A stretch of 64,000 nucleotides of DNA from Kofleriaceae bacterium (GTDB lineage Bacteria > Myxococcota_A > Polyangia > Haliangiales > Haliangiaceae). The notes under the pieces were generated by a model. That model saw nothing but the letters and a program-made list of their open reading frames with translations. It ran no database searches and was not told the DNA's origin. Below are positions 1 through 9,925 of the stretch, piece by piece. The DNA lies in NCBI GenBank assembly GCA_035715365.1, contig DASTLB010000022.1, positions 16,242 through 80,241 on the forward strand. Direction: 5' to 3'. Position 1 is the first letter of the stretch; each line of letters begins with the position of its first letter. The position numbers and the translations under genes are program-made.

Positions 1-1
1 C

Positions 2-952
2 TGCGAGCGCTGGAAGCTCGCGACCGACATCGACATCGAGTGCAACGGTCAGCCGCGCGAGCCGATCGCGATCCGGCCGACGCTCGAGATCGACGCGCCG
101 TGCCTCGGGCTGATGCGCACGCTGCCGCGCATGGACGAGCCGCACGTCGCGCCGGTCAAGGAGATGTACGACCTGCACCTGCGCGCGATCCAGGCCGCCG
201 AGCGCTACATCTACATCGAGAACCAGTACTTCTCGTCCGACGAGATCGCGCACGCGATCGAGACGCGGATGGCGGCGACCGATCATCCGCTCGAGATCGT
301 GCTGGTGCTGCCCGAGAAGAGCGCGGGCTGGAAGGAGCGGATCACGATCGGCGTCTACCAGCAGCGCCTGCTCGAGCGACTGACGAAGTGCGCCGAGGCG
401 ACCGGCAGCAAGCTCGGCGTCTACTACCACTGCGCGTGCGGCAAGGCCGGCGAGATCCCGGTGTTCATCCACGCGAAGGTGCTCGCGGTCGACGATCGGT
501 TCCTGCTCGTCAGCTCGGCGAACACGACGAACCGCAGCATGGGCTTCGACACCGAGCTCGGCGTCGCGTGGGAAGACAGCGTCGAGAACGCGTCGATCCG
601 GCATGCGCGCATGGAGCTGATGGCCGAGCACGCGGGTCTCGAGGGCGACGAGCTCGAGGCGGTGCTCGGCGATCCGGCGGGCCTCGTCGACCGGCTCGAC
701 GAGCTCGCACGCGCGAAGCAGCACAAGCTGCGGATCCATCGCCGCAACCAGGACGAGCGGCCCGGGCCGGTGCTCGCGAAGCTCCTGCCCGACGAGACGC
801 CGTTCGATCCCGACGATCCGCAGAGCATGGAGGAGCTACTGCCCGAGCCCGGCGTCTGGCTCGACCGGCTGTTCCGCGATCCGCTGTGGATGCTGAAGCG
901 CTCGACGCGGACGTTCGGCCGTCGCGTGCGTCACAAGCTGAGAACCGGCTGA
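2..952 (+). CDS. Phospholipase D / cardiolipin-synthase-like protein, C-terminal HKD domain (5' partial, continues upstream of window)
   Basis: Frame continuous from nt 2; HKD motif HAKVLAVDDRFLLVSSANTTNRS (HxKxxxxD...SxN); the overlapping 40..999 ORF in another frame is Arg-rich junk. Confidence 0.7.
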   Translation, partial: CERWKLATDIDIECNGQPREPIAIRPTLEIDAPCLGLMRTLPRMDEPHVAPVKEMYDLHLRAIQAAERYIYIENQYFSSDEIAHAIETRMAATDHPLEIVLVLPEKSAGWKERITIGVYQQRLLERLTKCAEATGSKLGVYYHCACGKAGEIPVFIHAKVLAVDDRFLLVSSANTTNRSMGFDTELGVAWEDSVENASIRHARMELMAEHAGLEGDELEAVLGDPAGLVDRLDELARAKQHKLRIHRRNQDERPGPVLAKLLPDETPFDPDDPQSMEELLPEPGVWLDRLFRDPLWMLKRSTRTFGRRVRHKLRTG

Positions 953-998
953 CCGCAATTTTGCGCAACCGCGATCGGCGCGCACCGTCGATCGCGTG

Positions 999-2114
999 AT
1001 GCGGTGTGTCCTCGTGGTGCTGGCGCTATGCTCGGTCGCGGCCGCCGATGTCGTCCCGGAGCGCGCGGTGGTCGTCGGGCACGTCGGCGACGGGCCGTGG
1101 ACCGATGCGGCGACCGAGGCGCGGATCGACGACCATGCCGAGCTCGCGCCGGTCGTGATCGGCAAGCGCGGCAAGCGGCGCGTCGTGCTCGCACCGCCGG
1201 GGATCGCGAAGCTCCGGCTCGCCGGCGCAACCGTCAAGACCGAGCCGCTCGGCGACGCCCGCGTCCAGTGGTCGATCGTCGAGCCGCACGGGTTTCGCAC
1301 GAAGCCGGCGGGCAATGGCGTCGCGAGCGAGTGGTACAGCAACGTCTCGCAGGAGCCGGGCAGCTTCGGCAAGTGGATGGGCTACGACACGATCGAGTAC
1401 GCGGCGCGCGTCGTCGTGCCGTGGACGGACGCGAAGCCGATCGCGCCGGCGATCTCGTCCGGCGAGGCAGGCGCGCTGGCCCTGCCAGGCCTCGGCACGG
1501 TGCGCTACCAGGTCGAGGTCGAGCTCGCCGGCGTGCGCGTCGCGAGCCCCGGTGCCGACGCGGTCGACGCCTACGGCATCCTGCCGGCGGTGCACCGCGT
1601 GTCGATCCGGCGCGGCGACGACTTCCTCGGCTACCTCACGAGCTACCTGCTCGTGCCCGAGGTGTTCGGCTCGGCGGGACCGGGCAGGAACCACCAGACC
1701 GAGCGCTACACCGGCGCCGACTGCGCGGACATCCTCGTCGGTGCGCTGCGCCGGATGGGCAAGCGCGTCGCGTATACGAACGTCGCCGGGCTCGTCGCGT
1801 ACGCGCGGGCGATCGCGAAGCCGGTCGAGCTCGACGACCACGGGATGCCGGCGCGTCCGATCACCGGCGTCCAGCCCGGCGACGTGATCCGGATCGATTA
1901 CGGCGGCGCGCTGCGCGGGCACACGCCGCGCGGCTGGGATCATGTCGGAGCGCTGTGGGAGGACCGCAGCGACCCGAAGGGCCCGCACAAGGGCGGACCC
2001 GACGGCGCGCTCGATGGCTTCGATCTCGTGATCCACCTCGGCCACCCGAGGCTCGTGATCGAGCCGCTCTCCGAGCAGTCGCCGGCGACGATCGACGTGC
2101 TGCGCTGGCGCTGA
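999..2114 (+). CDS. Secreted hypothetical protein (Sec signal peptide)
   Basis: ATG at 999 after a GTG at 996; N-terminus MRCVLVVLALCSVAAA is a signal peptide; diverse composition; no recognisable domain. Confidence 0.55.
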   Translation: MRCVLVVLALCSVAAADVVPERAVVVGHVGDGPWTDAATEARIDDHAELAPVVIGKRGKRRVVLAPPGIAKLRLAGATVKTEPLGDARVQWSIVEPHGFRTKPAGNGVASEWYSNVSQEPGSFGKWMGYDTIEYAARVVVPWTDAKPIAPAISSGEAGALALPGLGTVRYQVEVELAGVRVASPGADAVDAYGILPAVHRVSIRRGDDFLGYLTSYLLVPEVFGSAGPGRNHQTERYTGADCADILVGALRRMGKRVAYTNVAGLVAYARAIAKPVELDDHGMPARPITGVQPGDVIRIDYGGALRGHTPRGWDHVGALWEDRSDPKGPHKGGPDGALDGFDLVIHLGHPRLVIEPLSEQSPATIDVLRWR

Positions 2115-2828
2115 CTAGAAGTAGTACGACGCGCCGATCGTGAACGTGCCGCCCGAGAGCTCGTCGCTCGGCGACTGGAACGTCGGATCGGGCGGCACCG
2201 GCATGCCGTCGACGGTCGGAGCGTCCATCGCGTCCGAGCGCGGGCCGATCGCGAGCATGCGCAGCTCGGCGTTGAGCGCCCAGTTCGTGAACCGATGCTC
2301 GAGGCCGGCGCCGAACGCGAAGTGCGGGCGGCCGGCGGCGTCGCGCTCGGACTCGCTCGCGTCGTGACGCGCGATGATCGTCTCGCCGACGCCGGCGAGC
2401 AGCCACCACCCGGTGTGGCGATACGGCCGGAACCGGTAACGCAGACCGAGCGTGCCGCCGCCCATCGCGAGATCGCCTTGCGTGTCGTCCTCGAGGACCT
2501 GGCGGCCGCCGTTGAGCAGCAGCTCGAGCTCGAGGCGCGGCGTCATGCGGAACCGCAGCGACAGCTCCGCGCTGTTGAAGCTGACCTCGTCGGCGCCGTC
2601 GGAGCCCTGCGGCGCGACCGACATCCCGCCGACGTTGAGGCCGACCGCGAACCGGCGCGCCATCAGCGTCGCGCGCGGATCCGGCGCGACGACGAGCGGC
2701 GCGACCGGCGCCGCCGGTGCGACCGAGCTCGGCGGTGCGACCGGCTCCATCTCACCGGGTGCCTGGGCGTAGGCGACAGAAGCAGCCGACACGACGAGGA
2801 GCGAGGCGAGCGCGAGGCGGAAGGTCAT
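2115..2828 (-). CDS. Outer-membrane beta-barrel protein (OmpA-like/porin-like family)
   Basis: Internal ATG gives MTFRLALASLLVVSAASVAYA signal peptide; alternating amphipathic beta strands; C-terminal aromatic ...GASYYF typical of OMP barrels. Confidence 0.6.
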   Translation of the reverse strand: MTFRLALASLLVVSAASVAYAQAPGEMEPVAPPSSVAPAAPVAPLVVAPDPRATLMARRFAVGLNVGGMSVAPQGSDGADEVSFNSAELSLRFRMTPRLELELLLNGGRQVLEDDTQGDLAMGGGTLGLRYRFRPYRHTGWWLLAGVGETIIARHDASESERDAAGRPHFAFGAGLEHRFTNWALNAELRMLAIGPRSDAMDAPTVDGMPVPPDPTFQSPSDELSGGTFTIGASYYF

Positions 2829-2895
2829 GGCTCTGCGATGATTCCACGGTTCGTGCCACCGTAAGCAGAGGAAACGACACGACTGTGAACGGAGC

Positions 2896-3714
2896 GTGAC
2901 CGTCGTCAGAACCGACACTCGTGACCGTGATCGTGGCCTCTCGCTACACTACGATGACGCGGTGGCAGGTCGGACCTTCGCGATCGGAGACATCCACGGC
3001 GATCTCACGGCGTTGGCCACGCTGTTCGAGCGCCTACCCGCCCTGACCGAGGACGACACGCTCGTGTTCCTCGGCGACTACATCGACCGGGGCCCGGAGT
3101 CCGCCGGGGTGATCGCGTTCGTGCGGGAGCTGACGGACCGCAGCCCGGCAAAGATCGTCACGCTGCGCGGCAACCACGAGGACGCCTGGCTGCAGGTGAT
3201 CGACAAGGGCTGGCCGGAGTTCGTGCTGCCGCGCGCGAACGGTTGCTACGAGACGTACCGCGCGTTCGTCGGCGAGCCCCAGCCGACCGACGACGACCTG
3301 CCGAGCATGCACGAGATGTCGGCGATGATGGCCGGCAAGTTCTTCCCGCGCGACGTCATCAAGTGGATGCGCGCGCTGCCGTACTTCTACGAGGACGAGC
3401 ACGCGATCTACGTCCACGCCGGCATCAAGCGCACCGACGGCGAGTTCCCGCATCCCAAGGATGTCGATCCGCCGCGCGCGCTATTGTGGCTGCGCGATCG
3501 CGACTTCTTCGCGAATTATCGCGGCAAGCTCGTCGTGTTCGGTCACACGACGACGCGCACGTTGCCGAACGAGCTGTCGACGCACACGCCCGAGGATCCG
3601 GCGGATCTGTGGGCCGGGCCGTCGTGCGTCGGGCTCGACACCGCGTGTGGCAAGGGCGGGTTTCTGACCGCGTTCGAGCTGCCGGCACGCACCGTGTTCG
3701 AGTCGCGCGGCTAG
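2896..3714 (+). CDS. PPP-family Ser/Thr protein phosphatase (calcineurin-like metallophosphoesterase)
   Basis: Motifs GDIHGD, GDYIDRG and GNHE in canonical order; GTG start at 2896, exact start uncertain. Confidence 0.75.
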   Translation: MTVVRTDTRDRDRGLSLHYDDAVAGRTFAIGDIHGDLTALATLFERLPALTEDDTLVFLGDYIDRGPESAGVIAFVRELTDRSPAKIVTLRGNHEDAWLQVIDKGWPEFVLPRANGCYETYRAFVGEPQPTDDDLPSMHEMSAMMAGKFFPRDVIKWMRALPYFYEDEHAIYVHAGIKRTDGEFPHPKDVDPPRALLWLRDRDFFANYRGKLVVFGHTTTRTLPNELSTHTPEDPADLWAGPSCVGLDTACGKGGFLTAFELPARTVFESRG

Positions 3715-3728
3715 GAGCTCGGGGGCGC

Positions 3729-5993
3729 GTGGCGAGGACGAAAGACTCGGCAGCCGGCAAGCCCGCGGTCCAGCTCGGGCGCGCGCTCGCATCCCCGGCC
3801 GGCGTGCTCGTCACGATCCCGCTGCTCGTGATCGCGGTCGGCGTCGGGATCCTGCTGCTCGGGCGCGATGCGACGCGGACGAGCGCGCACCAGCTCGCGC
3901 GCGGCCAGCTGACCGAGCAGGCGCTGCGCGTCCAGTCCGATGTCGCGTTCGCGCTCGATCAGGCGGATCCGCTGATGGCGCGCGTCGACACGCTCGCGGA
4001 TCCGGCGATGCCCGTCGAGGAGCGGCTCGTGCGGCTGCACGATCTGATCATCGGCCGTCCGGGCGTCTCGTACCTCAGCATCAGCTTCCCCGACGGCAGC
4101 TTCTATCACTCGAACGCGACGCGCGACGGCAAGGTCGAGGTCCAGCAGAGCGTGATCACCGATCACGGCACGCAGGTGAACTGGTTCTCCGTCGACGGCG
4201 GCCGCCTCGTGCCGCTGCGAAACAAGATCACCGACTACGATCCACGCAAGCGCGGGTTCTACCAGCTCGCGGTCAAGACCCGCGCCCGCGCGTGGACCGA
4301 GCCGTACACGTTCTTCCTCTCGCACGAGACCGGCATCACGTGCACGCAGCCCGTGTTCAACGCCGACCACACGCTGCGCGCCGTGCTCACCGTCGACTTC
4401 GATGTCTCCGCGCTGTCGAGCTACGTCGCGAAGCCCGCGCTCGATCAGGCGCGCTCGATCGTCTACAGCGGCAACGGCGTCGTGCTCGCGTATCCGACGG
4501 CCGACCAGCTCGCGGTGCCGAACAGCGACAAGCTGCTGACGCGCGAGGACCTCAAGGATCCCGCGCTCGACGCGCTGTTCGGCGCACCGCCGTCGCCGGA
4601 GCTCCACTTCCTGCAGCTGTCGACGCGCGACGGTGCGTACCTCGCATCGGTCGCGCCGATCGGTGGCCGGCGCGCCGGCGTCCAGGTGCCGCTCGACTGG
4701 TACGTCGCGACGCTCGTGCCCGAGCGGACGCTGCTCGGCCCGACCCGCCGTCTCGAGCAGACGAGCGCGCTCGCCAGTGCCGGTGCGCTCGCGATCGCGG
4801 TCGCGCTCGCGCTCGTGCTCGCGTGGAACTTGCTGCGCATGCGCCGTCAGGTCGCGGCGTCGCGCGAGGAGGCGCGCACCGCACAGGCGCGTGCCCGCGA
4901 GCTCGGCAGCTACCGGCTCGTGGCGAAGCTCGGCGCCGGCGGCATGGGCGAGGTGTGGCGCGCCGAGCACCGCATGCTCGCTCGCACCGCCGCGATCAAG
5001 CTGATCCGCCCCGATGCGCTGCGCGATCCGGACTCCGTCGAGGAGATCCGCGAGCGGTTCCGCCGCGAGGCCCAGACGCTCGCGTCGATGCGGTCGCGCC
5101 ACACGATCGCGATCTACGACTACGGCGTCACCGAGGCCGGCGTCTTCTACTACGTGATGGAGCTGCTCGAGGGCCTCGACATGGAGTCGCTCGTCATGCA
5201 GTACGGCGCGCAGCCGGCGGCGCGCGTGATCCAGCTGATGATCCAGGCGTGCGCGTCGCTCGCCGAGGCACACGAGGCCGGTCTGCTCCATCGCGATATC
5301 AAGCCGCCGAACCTGTTCGTCAGCCGCGCCGCCGACGAGCTCGACATCGTCAAGCTGCTCGACTTCGGCATCGTCCAGACCGTGACCGGCGAGCCGCATC
5401 CCGCCGAGCGGGCGCGCGCGCTGATCGATCCATCGCCGCTACCGACGACGACCGACAAGCTGACGCAGCTCGGCGCCATGCTCGGCACGCCCGGGTTCAT
5501 GGCGCCCGAGCAGATCCTCGGCATGCAGCTCGACGGCCGCGCGGATCTCTACGCGCTCGGCTGCGTCGCGTGGTGGCTGCTCGAGGGCAACGAGGTGTTC
5601 AAGCGCGAGGGCGCCGAGGCGAAGATCCTGCACAAGCACATCTACGAGCCGGTGCCGCCGCTGCGCGAGCGCGTGCGCGGCTGGTGCCCGCCCGAGCTCG
5701 AGGTCGTGCTCGCGTCGTGCCTCGCGAAGGATGCCGAGCAGCGGCCGGCGAACGCGCGTGCGCTCGCGGCGATGCTGCGCGCGATCCCGATCCCGCCCGA
5801 GCATGCGTGGACCGAGGACCGGGCGCGCGCATGGTGGGAGGCGTACAAACCGGCGCACGTCGTGACCGATGCCTCGACGGGCGAGGTCCAGGTGATCATG
5901 CCGGGCCGCACCGAGGAGCGGCCGCTCGCGGCGACGAGCGAGGACGCGATCGGTCCGACGATCGCCGAGCCGATCCGCCGCCGCACGAGCTGA
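3729..5993 (+). CDS. Ser/Thr protein kinase with N-terminal periplasmic Cache-like sensor flanked by two TM helices
   Basis: Hanks kinase motifs: GAGGMGEVW, AIK, HRDIKPPN, DFG, GTPGFMAPE; TM segments LVTIPLLVIAVGVGILLL and ALAIAVALALVLAW bracket a ~290-aa extracellular domain; GTG start 3729 with GGAG 11 nt upstream. The 5' part of track ORF 3243..5993 is a frame artefact overlapping the phosphatase. Confidence 0.8.
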   Translation: MARTKDSAAGKPAVQLGRALASPAGVLVTIPLLVIAVGVGILLLGRDATRTSAHQLARGQLTEQALRVQSDVAFALDQADPLMARVDTLADPAMPVEERLVRLHDLIIGRPGVSYLSISFPDGSFYHSNATRDGKVEVQQSVITDHGTQVNWFSVDGGRLVPLRNKITDYDPRKRGFYQLAVKTRARAWTEPYTFFLSHETGITCTQPVFNADHTLRAVLTVDFDVSALSSYVAKPALDQARSIVYSGNGVVLAYPTADQLAVPNSDKLLTREDLKDPALDALFGAPPSPELHFLQLSTRDGAYLASVAPIGGRRAGVQVPLDWYVATLVPERTLLGPTRRLEQTSALASAGALAIAVALALVLAWNLLRMRRQVAASREEARTAQARARELGSYRLVAKLGAGGMGEVWRAEHRMLARTAAIKLIRPDALRDPDSVEEIRERFRREAQTLASMRSRHTIAIYDYGVTEAGVFYYVMELLEGLDMESLVMQYGAQPAARVIQLMIQACASLAEAHEAGLLHRDIKPPNLFVSRAADELDIVKLLDFGIVQTVTGEPHPAERARALIDPSPLPTTTDKLTQLGAMLGTPGFMAPEQILGMQLDGRADLYALGCVAWWLLEGNEVFKREGAEAKILHKHIYEPVPPLRERVRGWCPPELEVVLASCLAKDAEQRPANARALAAMLRAIPIPPEHAWTEDRARAWWEAYKPAHVVTDASTGEVQVIMPGRTEERPLAATSEDAIGPTIAEPIRRRTS

Positions 5994-6005
5994 TACGGTC
6001 GCGGC

Positions 6006-6476
6006 ATGACGACGTCGCTGCAAGACACCTACGCGCCGCACGGCCGGTGCTTCGGCTGTGGTCCCGCGAACGCCCAGGGATTGCGGATCAAGAGCTTCGC
6101 GCTCGACGACACCGCGGATGCGCACGTCGTCTGCGACTTCACGCCCGAGCGTCACCACGAGGCATTCGAGAACGTGCTGAACGGCGGGATCATCGGCGCG
6201 GTGCTCGACTGCCACATGAACTGGACCACGATCCATCACCTGATGAAGAAGCAGGGCCTCGATCACGCGCCGCCGTGCGTGACCGCGGACTTCAAGGTCG
6301 TGCTGAAGCGACCGACGCCGCTCGGCCCGGTCCACGTCGACGCGCACGTCGTCTCGGCGACCGATGACCGCGCGACGATCGAGGCGACGATGACCGCCGG
6401 CGGCAAGGTGACCGCGATCGGCACCGGCACGTTCATCGCCGTGAAGCCGGGACATCCCGCGTATCACCGCTGGTAG
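6006..6476 (+). CDS. PaaI/hotdog-fold acyl-CoA thioesterase
   Basis: Size (156 aa); ...NGGIIGAVLDCHMNW... hotdog thioesterase signature; CxxC near N-terminus. Confidence 0.7.
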   Translation: MTTSLQDTYAPHGRCFGCGPANAQGLRIKSFALDDTADAHVVCDFTPERHHEAFENVLNGGIIGAVLDCHMNWTTIHHLMKKQGLDHAPPCVTADFKVVLKRPTPLGPVHVDAHVVSATDDRATIEATMTAGGKVTAIGTGTFIAVKPGHPAYHRW

Positions 6477-6534
6477 ACCGGCCTCCCGCTGCTCCCGCTT
6501 GCGCGCGGTGCGACCGCGGGACCATGCTCCCGGC

Positions 6535-7473
6535 ATGGGCGAGCTCGAGGGCGTCGTGAAGCGGGTGCCGGTCGACGATGTGACGTTCGCGGTGAGCGAA
6601 CAGGGCCATGGCGAGCCGGTCGTGTTCGTGCACGGTGACATGAGCGATCACCGGAGCTGGGGCGGTCAGCTGCCGGCGCTCTCCGAGCGCTATCGCGTGA
6701 TCACGTACAGCCGGCGGTTCGCGTGGCCGAACCCGCCGCCGCCTCCTGGCGCCGGGAATCCGCTCGAGCGCCACGCCGACGATCTCGTCGCGATCCTGCG
6801 CGCGCTCGACGCGACGCCGGCGCACCTCGTCGGCACGTCGTCGGGCGCATTCGTCTGCCTGCTCGCAGCGCGCAAGGCTCCCGAGCTCGTCGCGAGCTTG
6901 ACGCTGCACGAGCCGCCGATCGTGACGCTGTTCGTCGGACTGCCACCGACGCCCGGCGAGATCTTGCGGCTGTTGCCGAGCCGGCCGCGCACCGCGCTGT
7001 CGATCGTGAAGTTCGGCGCGCGCGTGATCGATCCGGCGACGAAGGCGTTCCGGCGCGGCGATCGCGAGGCCGCGACGCAGATCTTCGTGGGCGGCGTCGT
7101 CGGCACGGCCACGTTCGACAAGCTGCCGGAGAAGCGGCGCGAGCAGGCGCGTGCGAACGTGCCCGCGCTCGAGGCGATGCTCGTGCACGGCGGCATGCCG
7201 CGGCTCACCGAGGCCGACATCCGCGCGGTCACCGTGCCGACGCTGCTCGTCGCCGGCACGACGAGCCCGCGGCTGTTCGTCCGGCTGATCGATGCGCTCG
7301 ACGAGCTGTTACCGGATAGCGAGCGCGTCGAGATCGCGGGCGGCCACATCGCATACGAGCTCGATCCCGAGCCGTTCAACCGCGCGCTGCTCGCGTTCCT
7401 CGCGAACCACCCGATCGTGCCGGGCTCGATCCCGCGGCCGTCAGGCTCGACGCGCGCCGAACAGCCGGCGTAG
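6535..7473 (+). CDS. Alpha/beta-fold hydrolase
   Basis: HG oxyanion motif (VVFVHGD), nucleophile elbow GTSSG, C-terminal His; start reassigned to MGELEGV. Confidence 0.7.
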   Translation: MGELEGVVKRVPVDDVTFAVSEQGHGEPVVFVHGDMSDHRSWGGQLPALSERYRVITYSRRFAWPNPPPPPGAGNPLERHADDLVAILRALDATPAHLVGTSSGAFVCLLAARKAPELVASLTLHEPPIVTLFVGLPPTPGEILRLLPSRPRTALSIVKFGARVIDPATKAFRRGDREAATQIFVGGVVGTATFDKLPEKRREQARANVPALEAMLVHGGMPRLTEADIRAVTVPTLLVAGTTSPRLFVRLIDALDELLPDSERVEIAGGHIAYELDPEPFNRALLAFLANHPIVPGSIPRPSGSTRAEQPA

Positions 7474-8022
7474 CGGGCTCCGGCGCTGCGCGCGCAGTGC
7501 GGCGCCGGCGGACGCGGTGCGCGCGCGCGCGACGTGCTTGTCGTGCATCGCGCGCTCCTTGTCGGTGCCGACGAAGATCTCGCGCGTGCCGGCGAGCACG
7601 TCGAACCACGACCAGCTGACGCCGAAGTTCTTGTCCTGATCGCCCATGTGGTGGTCGTAGTGCCACGGCAGGTGATCGCGGCCCCACGTCGGATCGAGGT
7701 GCGCGCGGCGATGATCGCGGCGATAGCGCGCGAGGCAGTACCAGATGGTCGCGGTGTAGAGCGGCGCGATCGGAAACACCGGCAGGTGCGCGAGCCCGAT
7801 CACGGTGAGCCCGATCGCCTCGCGCGACTGCGTCGTCGAGCTCCACACCGGGCCCTCGTACGCCGGGTCGTAGAACCCGTTGCGGCGCACCGCCTGGTGA
7901 TGCTCGTGATAGTGGAACGAGAACCGGCTCGCGCGATCGCGCCCGAGGCCGTGCAGCAGGTACTTGTGCGTCGCCCACTCGCCGACACCGAAGACCGCGA
8001 ACGCGAGCGGTATGCCGAGCAT
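7441..8022 (-). CDS. Fatty-acid hydroxylase / sterol desaturase superfamily membrane protein
   Basis: Histidine boxes HYHEHH and HYDHH; hydrophobic N-terminus MLGIPLAFAVFGVGEW; start reassigned to an internal ATG. Confidence 0.65.
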   Translation of the reverse strand: MLGIPLAFAVFGVGEWATHKYLLHGLGRDRASRFSFHYHEHHQAVRRNGFYDPAYEGPVWSSTTQSREAIGLTVIGLAHLPVFPIAPLYTATIWYCLARYRRDHRRAHLDPTWGRDHLPWHYDHHMGDQDKNFGVSWSWFDVLAGTREIFVGTDKERAMHDKHVARARTASAGAALRAQRRSPLRRLFGARRA

Positions 8023-8059
8023 CAGCCTCGATGTTCCCAGCGCGCCGCGAGCGCGGCAA

Positions 8060-8386
8060 CTAGGTTTTTTCGGGCACGTACGCGCGCGGCATCGACCCAC
8101 CGCGCAAGAACTGACCGCGGCGGCGCTTCTTGTTCCAGCGCGCGATGCCGAGGATCGTCGCGAAGCCGGCGAACGCGCCCGTCGTCGACAGGATCCACGG
8201 CACGCCGAGGATCGGCAGCACCATGCCGGCCGTGATCACGACCACCATGCCGCCGAGCACCGCCCAGATCACATCGGCCGCGTGGCGACGAGACCAGGTA
8301 TCGAACTCGCGCTCGCAGTCGCGACACCATGTCTGGACACCAGACACCTCGGCATGGCAACGCGGACACTCGATCCCGTCCGGCAT
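8060..8386 (-). CDS. Small zinc-ribbon membrane protein (108 aa)
   Basis: CPRCH...CRDC zinc ribbon followed by two TM helices and a basic tail (KKRRRG); it is the C-terminal end of junk ORF 8060..9472; divergent from the flotillin gene. Confidence 0.5.
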   Translation of the reverse strand: MPDGIECPRCHAEVSGVQTWCRDCEREFDTWSRRHAADVIWAVLGGMVVVITAGMVLPILGVPWILSTTGAFAGFATILGIARWNKKRRRGQFLRGGSMPRAYVPEKT

Positions 8387-8479
8387 CCGCGTACTGTAGC
8401 GGATCGTGGTGCTGCGTTCTGGCGCAGCTGCTTCATCGCGGAGCAAGTGGCGCGTGGGGGGCCGCGGAGTTGCGCCGGC

Positions 8480-9805
8480 ATGCCGGTTGTACCGACGACG
8501 GGCATGGCATCTCCGAAGGTCCAGATCGTCCGAGACGAGCCCAAACCCGAGCTGCGCCTGCCGGAGCCGAGTGGAACCTCGGTCCAGCGTTACGAGGCCG
8601 GCTGGCGCAGCGGCAAGCCGATCGAAGATCCGGAGAAGCTGAAGAGCTGGGGCTGGGTCGGGGCGAAGCCGAGCGAGTACCTCGTGTGCACGCGGGGCGG
8701 CACGATCGCGAGGCGGCGATCCGGTCAGGGCGTCCGGATCTTCAAGTGGCCGTGGGAGTCGGTCGCGATCGTGCCGACCACGCTGCAGCGGATCGAGTTC
8801 GTCGCCGATCAGATCACGCGCGAGAAGATCGGCGTCGAGGTCGCCGGCATCGCGGTGTACCGGATCGCCGAGCCCGAGCTCGCGTTCCGCGTGCTGAACT
8901 TCACGTACGGCGAGGCCGCCGCCGAGAAGCTCGCCCAGACGCTGCGCGAGATGTTCGTCGGTGCGGCGCGCCGGCTCGTCGCGAACCTGTCGCTCGACGA
9001 GTGCCTGACGCGGCGCAAGGAGACGATCGCGCACTTCCTGATGGAGGAGATCCGGCCGGTCGTCAGCGGCGAGGGCTCGCCCGAGGACACGACCGCGACC
9101 GGCTGGGGCGTCGTGATCGATACGATCGAGATCCAGCAGGTGATCATCCAGAGCCCGCAGGTGTTCGCGCACCTGCAGGCGCCGTTTCGCGCCGAGATCG
9201 CCGCGCGCGCCGAGCTCGCGGATCTCGAGCGGGCGCGCCAGGTGTCCGAGCGCCGCGCCGAGACCGAGCGCCGCACGCAGGAGGCCGAGCTCGAGACGCT
9301 GCGCGCGACGCGCGCCCTCAAGGCGCGGACCGAGGCCGAGGCGACCGAGGTCGAGACCCGCGAGGCCGCACGCCGCGCCGAGATGCAGGCGGCGGCGGAG
9401 ATAGCGCGGCTCGAGGCAGATGCCGCGCGCGTCGCGACCGCGCACCGCGCCGCGCTTCGCGAGCTCGAGCACCAGCAGGCGATGCGCCGCCAGCAGGAGG
9501 AGGCCGAGCTCGAGTCACAACGCCGTGCCGCCGAGGCGCGCGATGCCGAGAACCAGCTCGACGTCGCGCACCAGCGCCGGCTCGTCGAGCTCGAGCAGCT
9601 GGTCGCGGCGAGCCGGATCCAGCGCGAGCTCGTCGCCGCGCTGCCGCAGATCGCGACCGCGCTCGCGCCGCACGCCGAGACCCTGCACGTCACGCAGATC
9701 GGCGACGGCAGCGCGGTCACGAGCGTACCGAGCGCGATCGCACAGCTCGTCGCGATCGCGCGCAGCTTCGGGCTCGAGCTGCCGCGCCGCGATCCGGACG
9801 CTTGA
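8480..9805 (+). CDS. SPFH/band-7 (flotillin-like) domain protein with long coiled-coil tail
   Basis: SPFH core (…VRIFKWPWESV…IEFVADQITREKIGVEVAGIAVYRI…); Ala/Glu/Arg-rich coiled-coil C-terminal half; GGAG 10 nt upstream of ATG 8480. Confidence 0.75.
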   Translation: MPVVPTTGMASPKVQIVRDEPKPELRLPEPSGTSVQRYEAGWRSGKPIEDPEKLKSWGWVGAKPSEYLVCTRGGTIARRRSGQGVRIFKWPWESVAIVPTTLQRIEFVADQITREKIGVEVAGIAVYRIAEPELAFRVLNFTYGEAAAEKLAQTLREMFVGAARRLVANLSLDECLTRRKETIAHFLMEEIRPVVSGEGSPEDTTATGWGVVIDTIEIQQVIIQSPQVFAHLQAPFRAEIAARAELADLERARQVSERRAETERRTQEAELETLRATRALKARTEAEATEVETREAARRAEMQAAAEIARLEADAARVATAHRAALRELEHQQAMRRQQEEAELESQRRAAEARDAENQLDVAHQRRLVELEQLVAASRIQRELVAALPQIATALAPHAETLHVTQIGDGSAVTSVPSAIAQLVAIARSFGLELPRRDPDA

Positions 9806-9925
9806 CCTCTGTACGGACGTTGCACACGAGCCAACGCGGTTGCCGGGCGCGCACGCGGATGCGCGAGCGGCGCGCGATCGCGATGGCGCGCCGGTTGCGA
9901 TAGCGGCCGCGCGGAGGACATTGCG

